Positions 9,999-18,537 of a stretch of 51,453 bases of DNA are shown piece after piece. Each line of letters begins with the position of its first letter. The stretch's first letter is position 1. This DNA is from a virus (lineage: Duplodnaviria; Caudoviricetes): positions 1 through 51,453 of IMG/VR virus record IMGVR_UViG_3300032327_000831, one strand, 5' to 3'. The notes beneath the pieces were generated by a model, which saw nothing but the letters and a program-made list of their open reading frames with translations, searched no databases and was not told where the DNA came from. A program made the position numbers and the translations under genes.

Positions 9999-10496
9999 AT
10001 GCACATGCTTCCCAAGATGATCATTTCCGCCGATTGCAAAAAGGTGTTGGATGAGGCAGTACATTCCGAGTTGTACGCGTCCAACCTGTACAAGCACATC
10101 GCCAATCAACTCCAGCGCATTGGCTACCTGGGTGCGGCCAAATTCTTTTTGCGGGAAAGCGCGGACGAGCTGACGCACTACCAGCTTCACGCCGACTTCC
10201 AAAACGACGTTGGCACCGTGGCCAAAATTCCTGTGATTGAAGCCATGAACGAAACGATTGACAACCTCAGCGATGCGGTAGAGACCGGGTATGAGACCGA
10301 GCTTGAGCTGCTTCAAAACTACCAGGGGTGGTATCGCCAAACGTCTGATGACCCGATCGTGCAACAGTTCCTACTTCAGTTTCTTGAAATCCAGCGACGC
10401 AGCGTGGGTGAGTACGGCGACCTCCTGGCGCGCATCCAGCTTGTCGATCAAGACAAGGCTGGCATGCTTTTGATCGACCAAGAACTGGGCGGTTAA
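9999..10496 (+). CDS. Ferritin-like protein
   Basis: ELYASNLY...GYLGAAKFF..SADELTH...E...FLLQFLEIQ...LLIDQEL follows the ferritin four-helix-bundle pattern; 165 aa is ferritin size; start may be 10005. Confidence 0.88.
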   Translation: MHMLPKMIISADCKKVLDEAVHSELYASNLYKHIANQLQRIGYLGAAKFFLRESADELTHYQLHADFQNDVGTVAKIPVIEAMNETIDNLSDAVETGYETELELLQNYQGWYRQTSDDPIVQQFLLQFLEIQRRSVGEYGDLLARIQLVDQDKAGMLLIDQELGG

Positions 10497-10499
10497 ACC

Positions 10500-13400
10500 A
10501 TGGCCAAAGATTGCACGTACAGGTTTACAGACCGGGACGGCAAAGAGCGGGTCATCCAGGGCCAGGCCGCGTTCAAAGCCTACCTGGTTGACGGCGGCTT
10601 GCAGCACTTGCTGCCTACCGCCAAGGTGGCGTTCAGCGGCGTCCAAAAGCTGAATCCGGAAGCACCAAGTCGCGCAGAACAAAAGAATGCGTCGGCTAGT
10701 CGAATTGAAGGAAAGAGCGCCGATCGTTTCAAACGAACTGAACAACTCCAGCAGGCCGTGGCCGATCTGGAAGAGGGCAAGATCACTCGCGACAAATACA
10801 ACCGCATGGTGGATGAACTTCGCCCAGTGTACCCCTACGCCCAGGTGCCCGCCGTTACTTCACCCAAAGACGCCCGTTACGCCCTGGCCACGGGCAAAGG
10901 CCAGAGTCCCGAGAAGGCAGCCAAGTACGGCGTGCCAACCATGACCTTGACCAAGGGCGACTGGGCGCAGCTTCGTTTGGACATCCCGTCTTACCAGCTT
11001 CACGACGCCTGGGTCGTCAGCGTCCACACACCCAAGTCCACGAACCGCGAGGTCCAGGCTGCATACGACGCTGGCACCGTGGTGGGCTATGAGTCCGTGG
11101 CCGCGTTGACCGACGTGACCTTTGGCATGAACCAGCGGGCCGTGTCCATGATCGCCAAGGGCACGTCCAAGGGCACGGTGGCCACCATGCTGGGCAAGTG
11201 GTCGCCCATCAGCAAAGAAGACGCCAAGGCCCGCGCTGACGCGGCGCTGAACGACCCAGCCTGGACCCAGGTCGGCATGGACCCCTTCCGCCACAGCTAC
11301 TTCTACGACCGCGACAGCATGCGCCCGGTTCTCAGCGCAGACGAGGTGATCCAGGTCGGCCCCCTGGTCCTGGCCAAGAATGTGAAGTTTGGCCAAGACA
11401 CCGACATCACCGGCGCGCCGATCCGGTTCAGCCAGCGCCAGCCAGTGGGCAAAGAGACCGAGGGCTGGTTGCTCAGCCGCGACGAGCTGGGCCGGTTCCG
11501 TTTCGGCGCAGGCGCCAAGGCATACCGCTACGCAGCGGACGTGGCCAACAGCGTGCTGGACCTGGTTGGCCTGAAACCCGTCAGTCCAGAGCTGGCGCGT
11601 GCAATGCGCAAGATGCGCACGGAAGTGGAAAAGGCGCAGAACCTGACAGTCGATGTGGCAAAGTCGATGAAAGACCTGCCTGAGCAAGAGCGCCAGATGA
11701 TCAGCGACGTGATCGAAGGCGAACTCAAGCGCGGCGCCAAGCCACCCAAGCGGGTGCTGGAGCTTGCCGCGTCCATGCAATCTATCATGTCCGAACAGTC
11801 GGCCGAGCTGGTGCGTCTGGGCATGCTCAGCCCTGGCGCTGCTGGCCGGTGGGACGGCAAGTACCTGCCGCGTTTCTACGAACAGAAGCTGGGCGACGAA
11901 ACAAAGGCCTGGATGAAGGCGGTCAAGGGGTTGCTGGGTCGCAAGAAAACCATGCAGGGGATCGGCGGCAACAGCCTCAAGGCGCGCGGCATGTTTGAGA
12001 CCGTACCGGTTGACGACCTGGCGGATTGGGAAGCCGAGGGTTGGGAAGTGCGGGACGACGCTTTTGATCCAGCGGTGGATACCGAGATCACTGTGTGGCG
12101 CGACTACACCCGCACAGAGCGCGACGACATGGGTGAAATTCGTGACGCCATGTTCCGATTTGTGATGGGCTACAACAAGAGCCAGCGCGACATTGCTCTG
12201 GGCCGTTTGTACGAAAACCTAGCCACCAATTACGCAAGCAAGAAAGAGCAACCGGGTTACGTGCAGGTGCCGCGCACCAACGTCGAAGACACGTTTGCCA
12301 AACGCTACGGCGCCTTGGCAGGAAAGTACGTGCCCGCCGAAATCCTGGATCAGTTGGTTGCGTTTGATAGCGACATGCAAAACGACTTGACCAAGATTTA
12401 CTTGAAGGGCCTGTCAATGTGGAAAGAGGGCAAGACCGTCCTCAACCCAGTGGCCCATGCGAACAACGTGCTGTCCAACTTGACCATGGCCCACTTTGCT
12501 GGCGTGTCTTACTGGGACGCGCACAAGTACATCGGTTCAATCAAGGACCTGATCAAGGGCGACGCCATGGTCGACGAGGCCAAAGAGGCCGGGTTGTTTG
12601 GCGGCACTTTTAACCGCACTGAATTGGCCGACGCCATGCCTGAAGAGCTGAAAGTGCTGGCCCAAATGGCCGAGAGCAAAAGCAAGCGCGCGGTCGAAAT
12701 GGTATGGAACGGCCTATCCCTGTGGCTGCGCAAACCTCTGGGCAAAGCCTACGGAGCGGAGGACGATTTCTTCCGCTACCTGATTTACCGCGACGCGCGC
12801 AAAAACGGTCTAAACGTAGACGATTCTGTTGACTACGCGCTGAAGTACATGTTCTCCTATGACGACATGCCCAAAGGCGTCAGGTTCCTGCGCGATATGC
12901 CGCTGGGCCTGCCTTTCTTTGCCTACACGTACAAGGTGGTCCCGGCCCTGGCCAACACCGCTCTGGAACACCCGGCCCGCTACGCGGCCCCAGCCGTGGC
13001 TTTGTACGTGGCCAACGCTGCGATGTACGCAATGGCTGCCAGCATGGGCGGCGGTGACGACGAAGACTGGTGGACCGTTATCCGCCGGTACATGACCGAT
13101 CCGGAATTCCGTCAGCGCGCCAAGGACCAGGAGCAGCAGGAGCGCAAGGCTTTACCCGAATGGATGAAGGGCGCAAGCCTGTCGCTGGGCACCGAGAAGA
13201 CGATACGCCTGGGCATGGACGACCTGACCAACCTGCCGGTGTTCTTGGACGTAAGCCGAATCTTCCCAGGAGGCGATCTGTTCGACGCGCACAACAACGC
13301 GGGGGGTATTCCCCTGCTTGCGCCTTTGACGCCAAATAGCCCTATCCTGACCATTGCCTCGGCCATGCTTTTTAACAAGGACACGTTCCGTGGCCAGGAA

Positions 13401-13853
13401 ATTGTCAAGCAATCCGACACCGGGGCCGAGGCTGCGCAAAAACGCGCTGCCTGGATGTGGAAACAAATCACCCCGGCAATTGCCGTGGGTAACACTGTGT
13501 TTGAGCGAGCGATGAACGTGGTGGCCAACGTTACGGGTCAACCGGTCAAATTGGGCCTGGCTGAATACACCGGTATTGGCAAGGACGGCTTGCCAATCAC
13601 GCCTGGCTACGCGGCACTGCAAACGGTGGGCGTCAAGGCCCGACCGATCGACCTGGATACGTCAGAGAAAATTCAGGCGTCGCAAACCAAGGCTCTGATC
13701 CGCGAACTCGAAACGCAGATCAAGCAGAGCCAGCGTTTGGAAAACAAGGGTGCAATTACTCCAGAGTCTGGAGAGGCTGCACGGGAGAAGCTGCGTGAGA
13801 AAAAGTTGAATCTTCGCCAGGGCCTTACGGTATCTGGTGAAGAAAAGGATTAA
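10500..13853 (+). CDS. Large internal virion protein (1117 aa), LPD38-like C-terminal region
   Basis: YLPR, WKEGKTVLNP..HANN, EDDFFR, FSYDDM..PFFAYTYK, LPEWMK and PIDL motifs resemble the C-terminal part of large ejected polyvalent proteins. Confidence 0.65.
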   Translation: MAKDCTYRFTDRDGKERVIQGQAAFKAYLVDGGLQHLLPTAKVAFSGVQKLNPEAPSRAEQKNASASRIEGKSADRFKRTEQLQQAVADLEEGKITRDKYNRMVDELRPVYPYAQVPAVTSPKDARYALATGKGQSPEKAAKYGVPTMTLTKGDWAQLRLDIPSYQLHDAWVVSVHTPKSTNREVQAAYDAGTVVGYESVAALTDVTFGMNQRAVSMIAKGTSKGTVATMLGKWSPISKEDAKARADAALNDPAWTQVGMDPFRHSYFYDRDSMRPVLSADEVIQVGPLVLAKNVKFGQDTDITGAPIRFSQRQPVGKETEGWLLSRDELGRFRFGAGAKAYRYAADVANSVLDLVGLKPVSPELARAMRKMRTEVEKAQNLTVDVAKSMKDLPEQERQMISDVIEGELKRGAKPPKRVLELAASMQSIMSEQSAELVRLGMLSPGAAGRWDGKYLPRFYEQKLGDETKAWMKAVKGLLGRKKTMQGIGGNSLKARGMFETVPVDDLADWEAEGWEVRDDAFDPAVDTEITVWRDYTRTERDDMGEIRDAMFRFVMGYNKSQRDIALGRLYENLATNYASKKEQPGYVQVPRTNVEDTFAKRYGALAGKYVPAEILDQLVAFDSDMQNDLTKIYLKGLSMWKEGKTVLNPVAHANNVLSNLTMAHFAGVSYWDAHKYIGSIKDLIKGDAMVDEAKEAGLFGGTFNRTELADAMPEELKVLAQMAESKSKRAVEMVWNGLSLWLRKPLGKAYGAEDDFFRYLIYRDARKNGLNVDDSVDYALKYMFSYDDMPKGVRFLRDMPLGLPFFAYTYKVVPALANTALEHPARYAAPAVALYVANAAMYAMAASMGGGDDEDWWTVIRRYMTDPEFRQRAKDQEQQERKALPEWMKGASLSLGTEKTIRLGMDDLTNLPVFLDVSRIFPGGDLFDAHNNAGGIPLLAPLTPNSPILTIASAMLFNKDTFRGQEIVKQSDTGAEAAQKRAAWMWKQITPAIAVGNTVFERAMNVVANVTGQPVKLGLAEYTGIGKDGLPITPGYAALQTVGVKARPIDLDTSEKIQASQTKALIRELETQIKQSQRLENKGAITPESGEAAREKLREKKLNLRQGLTVSGEEKD

Positions 13854-13902
13854 CTGTCATGCAAACGTGCTAAGTTTCGAAAGTTTGCTCTAAAGGATTG
13901 AC

Positions 13903-14880
13903 ATGAAAGCTGTTATTTCGGATCAAGAGTTTATCGAACTGTGGAACACGCACCAGTCTCCGACAAAGATTGCAAAGATTACTGGCATTTCCGAGAGAAC
14001 CGTTTATGCAAAACGAAATTCCATCCAGGTTTCGCAAAACGTAAAGCTGGAAACCAACAGGCCGGTACAGGCTCTCGGCCAGCCAAGGTACACCTACTCT
14101 CCTGTGCGGCCAAAGACTGAACTTGGGATTGAAAATGGAACCGTTATTGTTTTTTCTGACGCTCACTTTTGGCCTACTATACGGACTACTGCTTTTCAGG
14201 GCCTACTGTGGGCGATTGAAAAGCTACAACCAAAGGCAGTTATTTGCAATGGCGATGCTTTTGATGGTGCATCTATCTCTCGCCATCCACCTTTGGGCTG
14301 GGCTCGTACACCAAGCGTGATCGACGAACTCAAGGCTTGCAAGGAAATGCTGGGTGAAATTGTTGCAAAAGCCAAAGAAGCGCGGCACAACGTCCGACTG
14401 GTGTACACAATGGGCAACCATGACGCGCGGTTTGAAATGCGTTTGGCAGCCAATGCACCGCAGTACGTACAAACACCGGGCTTCAAGCTGTCAGACCATT
14501 TTCCAGATTGGGAATTTTGCATGTCAGTTTGGGCTACCGCCGACATAATTGTCAAGCACCGATACAAAGGCGGCATTCATGCCACCCACAACAACACTGT
14601 GGGCGCGGGCAAGACGATCGTAACTGGGCACCTTCATGCGCTAAAGGTGACCCCCTTCGCGGATTATTCTGGGAATAGGTATGGGGTGGACACAGGGACA
14701 CTTGCTGAAATTAACGGCCCGCAGTTTGATTACGCTGAGGAGAACCCGCAGAACCATCGGTCTGGCTTTGCCGTACTGACAATCAAGGATGGGAAGGTGC
14801 TTTGGCCTGAATTGGTGCACAAGTGGAGCGAGGGTCAAGTGGAATTTAGGGGCGAGGTGGTCGACGTAAGTGGCCTTTAA
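13903..14880 (+). CDS. Calcineurin-like metallophosphoesterase with N-terminal HTH
   Basis: SDAH, GDAFD, GNHD, KHR and GHLH motifs; N-terminal SPTKIAKITGISERTVYAK helix-turn-helix. Confidence 0.9.
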   Translation: MKAVISDQEFIELWNTHQSPTKIAKITGISERTVYAKRNSIQVSQNVKLETNRPVQALGQPRYTYSPVRPKTELGIENGTVIVFSDAHFWPTIRTTAFQGLLWAIEKLQPKAVICNGDAFDGASISRHPPLGWARTPSVIDELKACKEMLGEIVAKAKEARHNVRLVYTMGNHDARFEMRLAANAPQYVQTPGFKLSDHFPDWEFCMSVWATADIIVKHRYKGGIHATHNNTVGAGKTIVTGHLHALKVTPFADYSGNRYGVDTGTLAEINGPQFDYAEENPQNHRSGFAVLTIKDGKVLWPELVHKWSEGQVEFRGEVVDVSGL

Positions 14881-14885
14881 AGAAC

Positions 14886-14923
14886 AAAAAAGCCGATATG
14901 CGTAATACATACCGGCCTTTTGT
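14886..14923. terminator. Probable bidirectional terminator between convergent genes
   Basis: aaaaaa-gccg-atatg...catac-cggc-ctttt: imperfect hairpin with A tract on one side and T tract on the other. Confidence 0.5.
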
Positions 14924-14987
14924 TCCCGTAAGGGCAAAAGAAGGGTGAAGCTAAGAACACCCCCGTGTTGGGTGCAATTATACCCAA

Positions 14988-15305
14988 TTAAAATGCATCT
15001 TCAACTTCAAAACCGTCAACGTCTTCAACCAGCAGCCACTCACCGGTCTCAACGTTCAGCCAGTACCAAGCCTCATGCTCCTCGTCGTACCAGCAGTAGC
15101 AGTCGGCGTCCTCATCGTAGACGTACTCTTCGCCATCGTCAAAATATTGCTCAAGCTCTTCAGGGATATCAAACTCTTCTTCGTCTTCGTCTACAACTTC
15201 AAGGCTGCCAAGACGTTGGGCCATTTCGGCAAGTTGAAAAATAGAGTCGGTAGAAAATTTCAAATAGCCGCCTTCGGCCACTCCACAGGTAATAGTAAAG
15301 ACCAT
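14988..15305 (-). CDS. Very acidic small protein with aromatic-acidic repeats (DNA-mimic candidate)
   Basis: 35 D/E versus 3 K/R in the 109-aa track ORF; GGAG SD favours ATG 15305 over 15317. Confidence 0.7.
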   Translation of the reverse strand: MVFTITCGVAEGGYLKFSTDSIFQLAEMAQRLGSLEVVDEDEEEFDIPEELEQYFDDGEEYVYDEDADCYCWYDEEHEAWYWLNVETGEWLLVEDVDGFEVEDAF

Positions 15306-15364
15306 AGTTTTCTCCATAAAAGTTGCGCGGCGGGTTACCGCAAAAACATCTTACAGCACCTAGA

Positions 15365-15607
15365 TTACGCGCCGCCAGGATGTGGTTTTGGACAGTCTTC
15401 TGGTGGCCGAATAGCAATCCAGACCGCATGTGGCGGCTCCCGGTAAACCATTTCCCATCGGTCAATGTAGGTGTCCGGCATGTTCGTCAGCGCGTTCTGT
15501 ACGGTATCGCGCTTGACGCCCGTCTTCCCGGCAATTACCACGGTGGTAAGTCCGTCCGGGTGTCGGTGCAACAGCTCTCGGATTTTTGGGTGACTAGATG
15601 CGCTCAC
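15365..15607 (-). CDS. Small winged-HTH-like DNA-binding protein
   Basis: GTG start overlapping upstream stop (GTGA); IRELLHRHPDGLTTVVIAGKTGVKRDTVQNAL. Confidence 0.6.
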   Translation of the reverse strand: MSASSHPKIRELLHRHPDGLTTVVIAGKTGVKRDTVQNALTNMPDTYIDRWEMVYREPPHAVWIAIRPPEDCPKPHPGGA

Positions 15608-15828
15608 AAAAACCCCTCGATTTCCGCCAATTTTTGTTTGTAGTGCAGGGCCTTGCCACCATCGTCGCTGCCAGGCTTGTGGCCCGCGCGCATGGCGTAC
15701 TTGATTACGTTGCCCTTTAAAAACCCGCGAAACTCTTCCGGTGTCAGCACGGCTTCCATTACGGCCCACGGTTGCATCGGCATGTCCTTGTAGTGGGCGC
15801 CGCCCACTTGTTTGTCGTCTGCGCTCAT
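15604..15828 (-). CDS. DUF3310 / SaV-like protein (T7 gp1.7-related family)
   Basis: QVGGAHY...GFLKGNVIKY.MRAG.K...KA.HY signature. Confidence 0.85.
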   Translation of the reverse strand: MSADDKQVGGAHYKDMPMQPWAVMEAVLTPEEFRGFLKGNVIKYAMRAGHKPGSDDGGKALHYKQKLAEIEGFL

Positions 15829-17891
15829 TAGTCCATCTCCTTCATGTAGTAGGGTGTTTCAAATCCGTCAGCCCGCAGCAGCAGGCCTGGTGCCCAAGGT
15901 ATGTCCCGGCCCATGATCGCTTCAATCTTGGCCAGGTCGCCGTCGTTGCGCGCTTCGATAATGTCTTCGTCGTGCACGGTGAAGAGCTGCTCATGGCCCG
16001 CGTCGTCCAGCGCAAGCATGGCCTCACGCAGGCAGTCGCGCGCGATGGCCTGCGTGATGTTCTCCACCAGCTTGCCTCCGTAGGTGCTGAGCCTGGTCCA
16101 CTGTTTGGTCTTTTGGTCCAGGCCCTCGTATGTCAACGACCCGGCGCGAGCCACCATGAAGCGGCCACCGGCGTTGGTCTCGCGGTACAGGTCCTCACCC
16201 TCTATGCGTGGTTTCACGTAGAACAGCTTGCGTTCGGACGGCAGCTTGATGGTGAGGAAGCCAGATTCAAAAGCAAATACAATCTCAGCGCGGCCACCTG
16301 CGATAGGCACTACCACGCTCGCGCGTGTCTGTACAGCCTTTTTTGACGCGTTGTCGCATTTAAGCCACAGTCCTGGATTGCCACCGTCAAAGCTCGCGAT
16401 CTCCGGATTGGCCTCGCGCCACGCTACCTTGATTGGGTCCAGTTCGTCCTCTGTCAGGCCCATGGCCAAAGCGCCCATGGTTTTCAGTGCACCGGCGCCA
16501 CCCTGGTATCCCAAAGCCAACTCGGAAATCTTCCCTTTTTGCCGGTAGGGCGACTTCTTGGTCACCGACCCGGGCGGCAGCTTGAACATCTGTTCAGCCG
16601 AGGCCTCATAAATTTTGCCGTGAGTGGCGAACACTTTCAGGCGCCACTCGCACCAGGCCAGCCAAGCGATCACGCGGGCCTCAATGGCGCTGAAGTCGAC
16701 CGAGATGAACCTAGCCCCCGGCCGGGCGATGAACGCGGTCCTGATGAGCTGTGAGAGGGTATCCGGCACAGTGCCAAACATCTGCTCCAGCAGATCAAAC
16801 TGCCGAGCCTTGACCAGGTTGCGCGCCAGCTCCAGGTCCTTGAGCTTGTTCTGAGGTAGGTTCTGCACCTGGACGATCCGCCCGGCCCAGCGCCCGGTAC
16901 GGTTTGCGCCGTAGAACTGGGTCAGCCCGCGTATGCAGCCGTCGTCGCACATCGCCCTGGCCATTGCGTGGAACTTGGCCACGCTGGTCTTGGCCATTTC
17001 CTGGCGCAGCTCCAACACTCTCCTGACCACGTCGCTGTCGGTGTTGGCCAGAACTGAGGGCACGGTCTTTTTGGTCAAGTCAACGATCGTGTCGTCGTCC
17101 TCTTCCTCTTGCAGCCAGGCCAGCAATTGGTTGCGACTGTTAGGGTTGTCCAGGCCTGTCAGCTTGACGGCCTCGGCTGACATGCGCTCTTTGAAGATCG
17201 CATCGCATTCGATCGCGGCCTGGACCAGAACTCGGTCCATCAACACGCCGCGCGTCATCATCCGGTGATCCAGGTGCCACAAAGTCCATTCAATTTCGGG
17301 CACCGGGAACTTGGCCAAGCGTTGGGCAATGGCGTCCTCGCTCTCGACGTCCTTGCCGCAGTAGTCCTTGAACAACTGCCACCGCTCGGGTTCGTGGTGG
17401 GGCAGGTTGCGCGTGCGCATGCCGTTCTTTTTGGTGGGCTTGCACGGGATGCAAAAGAACCGGATCAGACTCCAGCCAACGGACATTTTCTGCTTGTCCG
17501 GGGACAGTCCGACCACGCGGCCAACGTCGGCGAGGTTGCCCGGCAGGCCCAGGTACAGGGCGTGCACGCTGGTGCAGCGCCACTGCGTCACGTCGAGCCG
17601 AAAGGGAACCCTAAAAGGTTTGAGTCTGCGGCCCAGGTGCATGTTCAGGCAGGCCAGCTCGAAGGCCGCGTTGTATGCGGTCTTCAGTACCGAGGGGTCG
17701 TCCAGGGCAGCCAGGACGTGGGGCGGTATCTCCTCGCCTGCCATCAGGTCGATGACGTTGACCTGGCCGGTGCCCCACTTGTAGCCAAACAACATGATCT
17801 CAAAGTCCGGGCTTTCGACGTACTTGTGCACGCCGCACTTCTTCAGGTCGACGCTGCTGTAGGTCTCCAGGTCAATGCGTAGCGTGGTCAT
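15828..17891 (-). CDS. Family A DNA polymerase (APSE-like) with 3'-5' exonuclease
   Basis: DLET (Exo I), AYNAAFE, TGRWAG..QNLP, DFSAIEAR (motif A), RQKGK.SELALGY (motif B), VHDE (motif C). Confidence 0.95.
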   Translation of the reverse strand: MTTLRIDLETYSSVDLKKCGVHKYVESPDFEIMLFGYKWGTGQVNVIDLMAGEEIPPHVLAALDDPSVLKTAYNAAFELACLNMHLGRRLKPFRVPFRLDVTQWRCTSVHALYLGLPGNLADVGRVVGLSPDKQKMSVGWSLIRFFCIPCKPTKKNGMRTRNLPHHEPERWQLFKDYCGKDVESEDAIAQRLAKFPVPEIEWTLWHLDHRMMTRGVLMDRVLVQAAIECDAIFKERMSAEAVKLTGLDNPNSRNQLLAWLQEEEDDDTIVDLTKKTVPSVLANTDSDVVRRVLELRQEMAKTSVAKFHAMARAMCDDGCIRGLTQFYGANRTGRWAGRIVQVQNLPQNKLKDLELARNLVKARQFDLLEQMFGTVPDTLSQLIRTAFIARPGARFISVDFSAIEARVIAWLAWCEWRLKVFATHGKIYEASAEQMFKLPPGSVTKKSPYRQKGKISELALGYQGGAGALKTMGALAMGLTEDELDPIKVAWREANPEIASFDGGNPGLWLKCDNASKKAVQTRASVVVPIAGGRAEIVFAFESGFLTIKLPSERKLFYVKPRIEGEDLYRETNAGGRFMVARAGSLTYEGLDQKTKQWTRLSTYGGKLVENITQAIARDCLREAMLALDDAGHEQLFTVHDEDIIEARNDGDLAKIEAIMGRDIPWAPGLLLRADGFETPYYMKEMD

Positions 17892-17918
17892 GTCTTAAAT
17901 ATTTCCGGGTTGTGAAGT

Positions 17919-17970
17919 GGGGGTACTCGCCGCTCGTGGATGAACCCACAATGGTGGCGGCTTTCCCCCC
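17919..17970 (-). promoter_or_regulatory. Structured RNA element with loop-E-like internal loop upstream of the polymerase
   Basis: Minus strand GGGGG-GAAA-GCCGC-cacca-UUGUGGG-UUCA-UCCACGA-GCGGC-GAGUA-CCCCC. Confidence 0.55.
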
Positions 17971-17977
17971 GAAACTA

Positions 17978-18520
17978 TCAGGCCAGGAAGTCGTCTTCCA
18001 CCGCAGTGAAGTCGTCCTCAGCGCGGCTGCGCCCGGACAGTGGCTCACCTTCGGCCATCTTCTGCAAGTTGTTCAGGCCTGCGGCGATGCCCTTGTTGCC
18101 GTCAACGTTGAACGGGTAGAGGTTAATTGACACGCGGCCGTAGCATCCGCTGTACACCTCGCTTTTGTCCAAAATCGGATTGAGCTGGGCGTCCACAACG
18201 CCGGGCTTTTGGCCGCTGTTGCAGTTGACGAAGTAGCAGCCCTTGTACTCGGGGCTTTTCTCCACGTCGCGGTCGGTGTCACCGTCGCGCAGCGGGGTCT
18301 TGAAGCTGGCCAAGAACTTGGAACCCCAAGTGGTGGCGCTTTTCGCGTCGGTCTTGACTGCTTCGATCGCAGCTTTGACTTTGTCGAGGGTTGCCTTGTC
18401 GGTCTTGGGAATCAAGATTGCGACGCTGTATTTGCCTTTGTCGTTCGTCTCAAAGACGTTGACGTAGGACAGACGAACCTTGCCGGTGACCAGCTTGGTG
18501 GGGGCGGGAGTAGTAGCCAT
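17978..18520 (-). CDS. Single-stranded DNA-binding protein, DUF2815 family
   Basis: VRLSY, KYS, PLRDGD, YSGCYGR, GNKGIAAGLNN and acidic tail DDFL. Confidence 0.92.
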   Translation of the reverse strand: MATTPAPTKLVTGKVRLSYVNVFETNDKGKYSVAILIPKTDKATLDKVKAAIEAVKTDAKSATTWGSKFLASFKTPLRDGDTDRDVEKSPEYKGCYFVNCNSGQKPGVVDAQLNPILDKSEVYSGCYGRVSINLYPFNVDGNKGIAAGLNNLQKMAEGEPLSGRSRAEDDFTAVEDDFLA

Positions 18521-18537
18521 TTTTCAGATTTCCTTGT

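Noticed and set aside
10860-11780. Long antisense ORFs (also 8149..8907, 9576..10364, 18829..19722, 34073..34900, 34794..35837, 43693..44385)
   Set aside because: Shadow frames opposite well-supported genes, expected with high GC3; no recognisable motifs.
15828-17891. Intein or intron in polymerase, terminase or helicases
   Set aside because: Lengths are ordinary, motifs are contiguous and no splice-junction signatures were seen.
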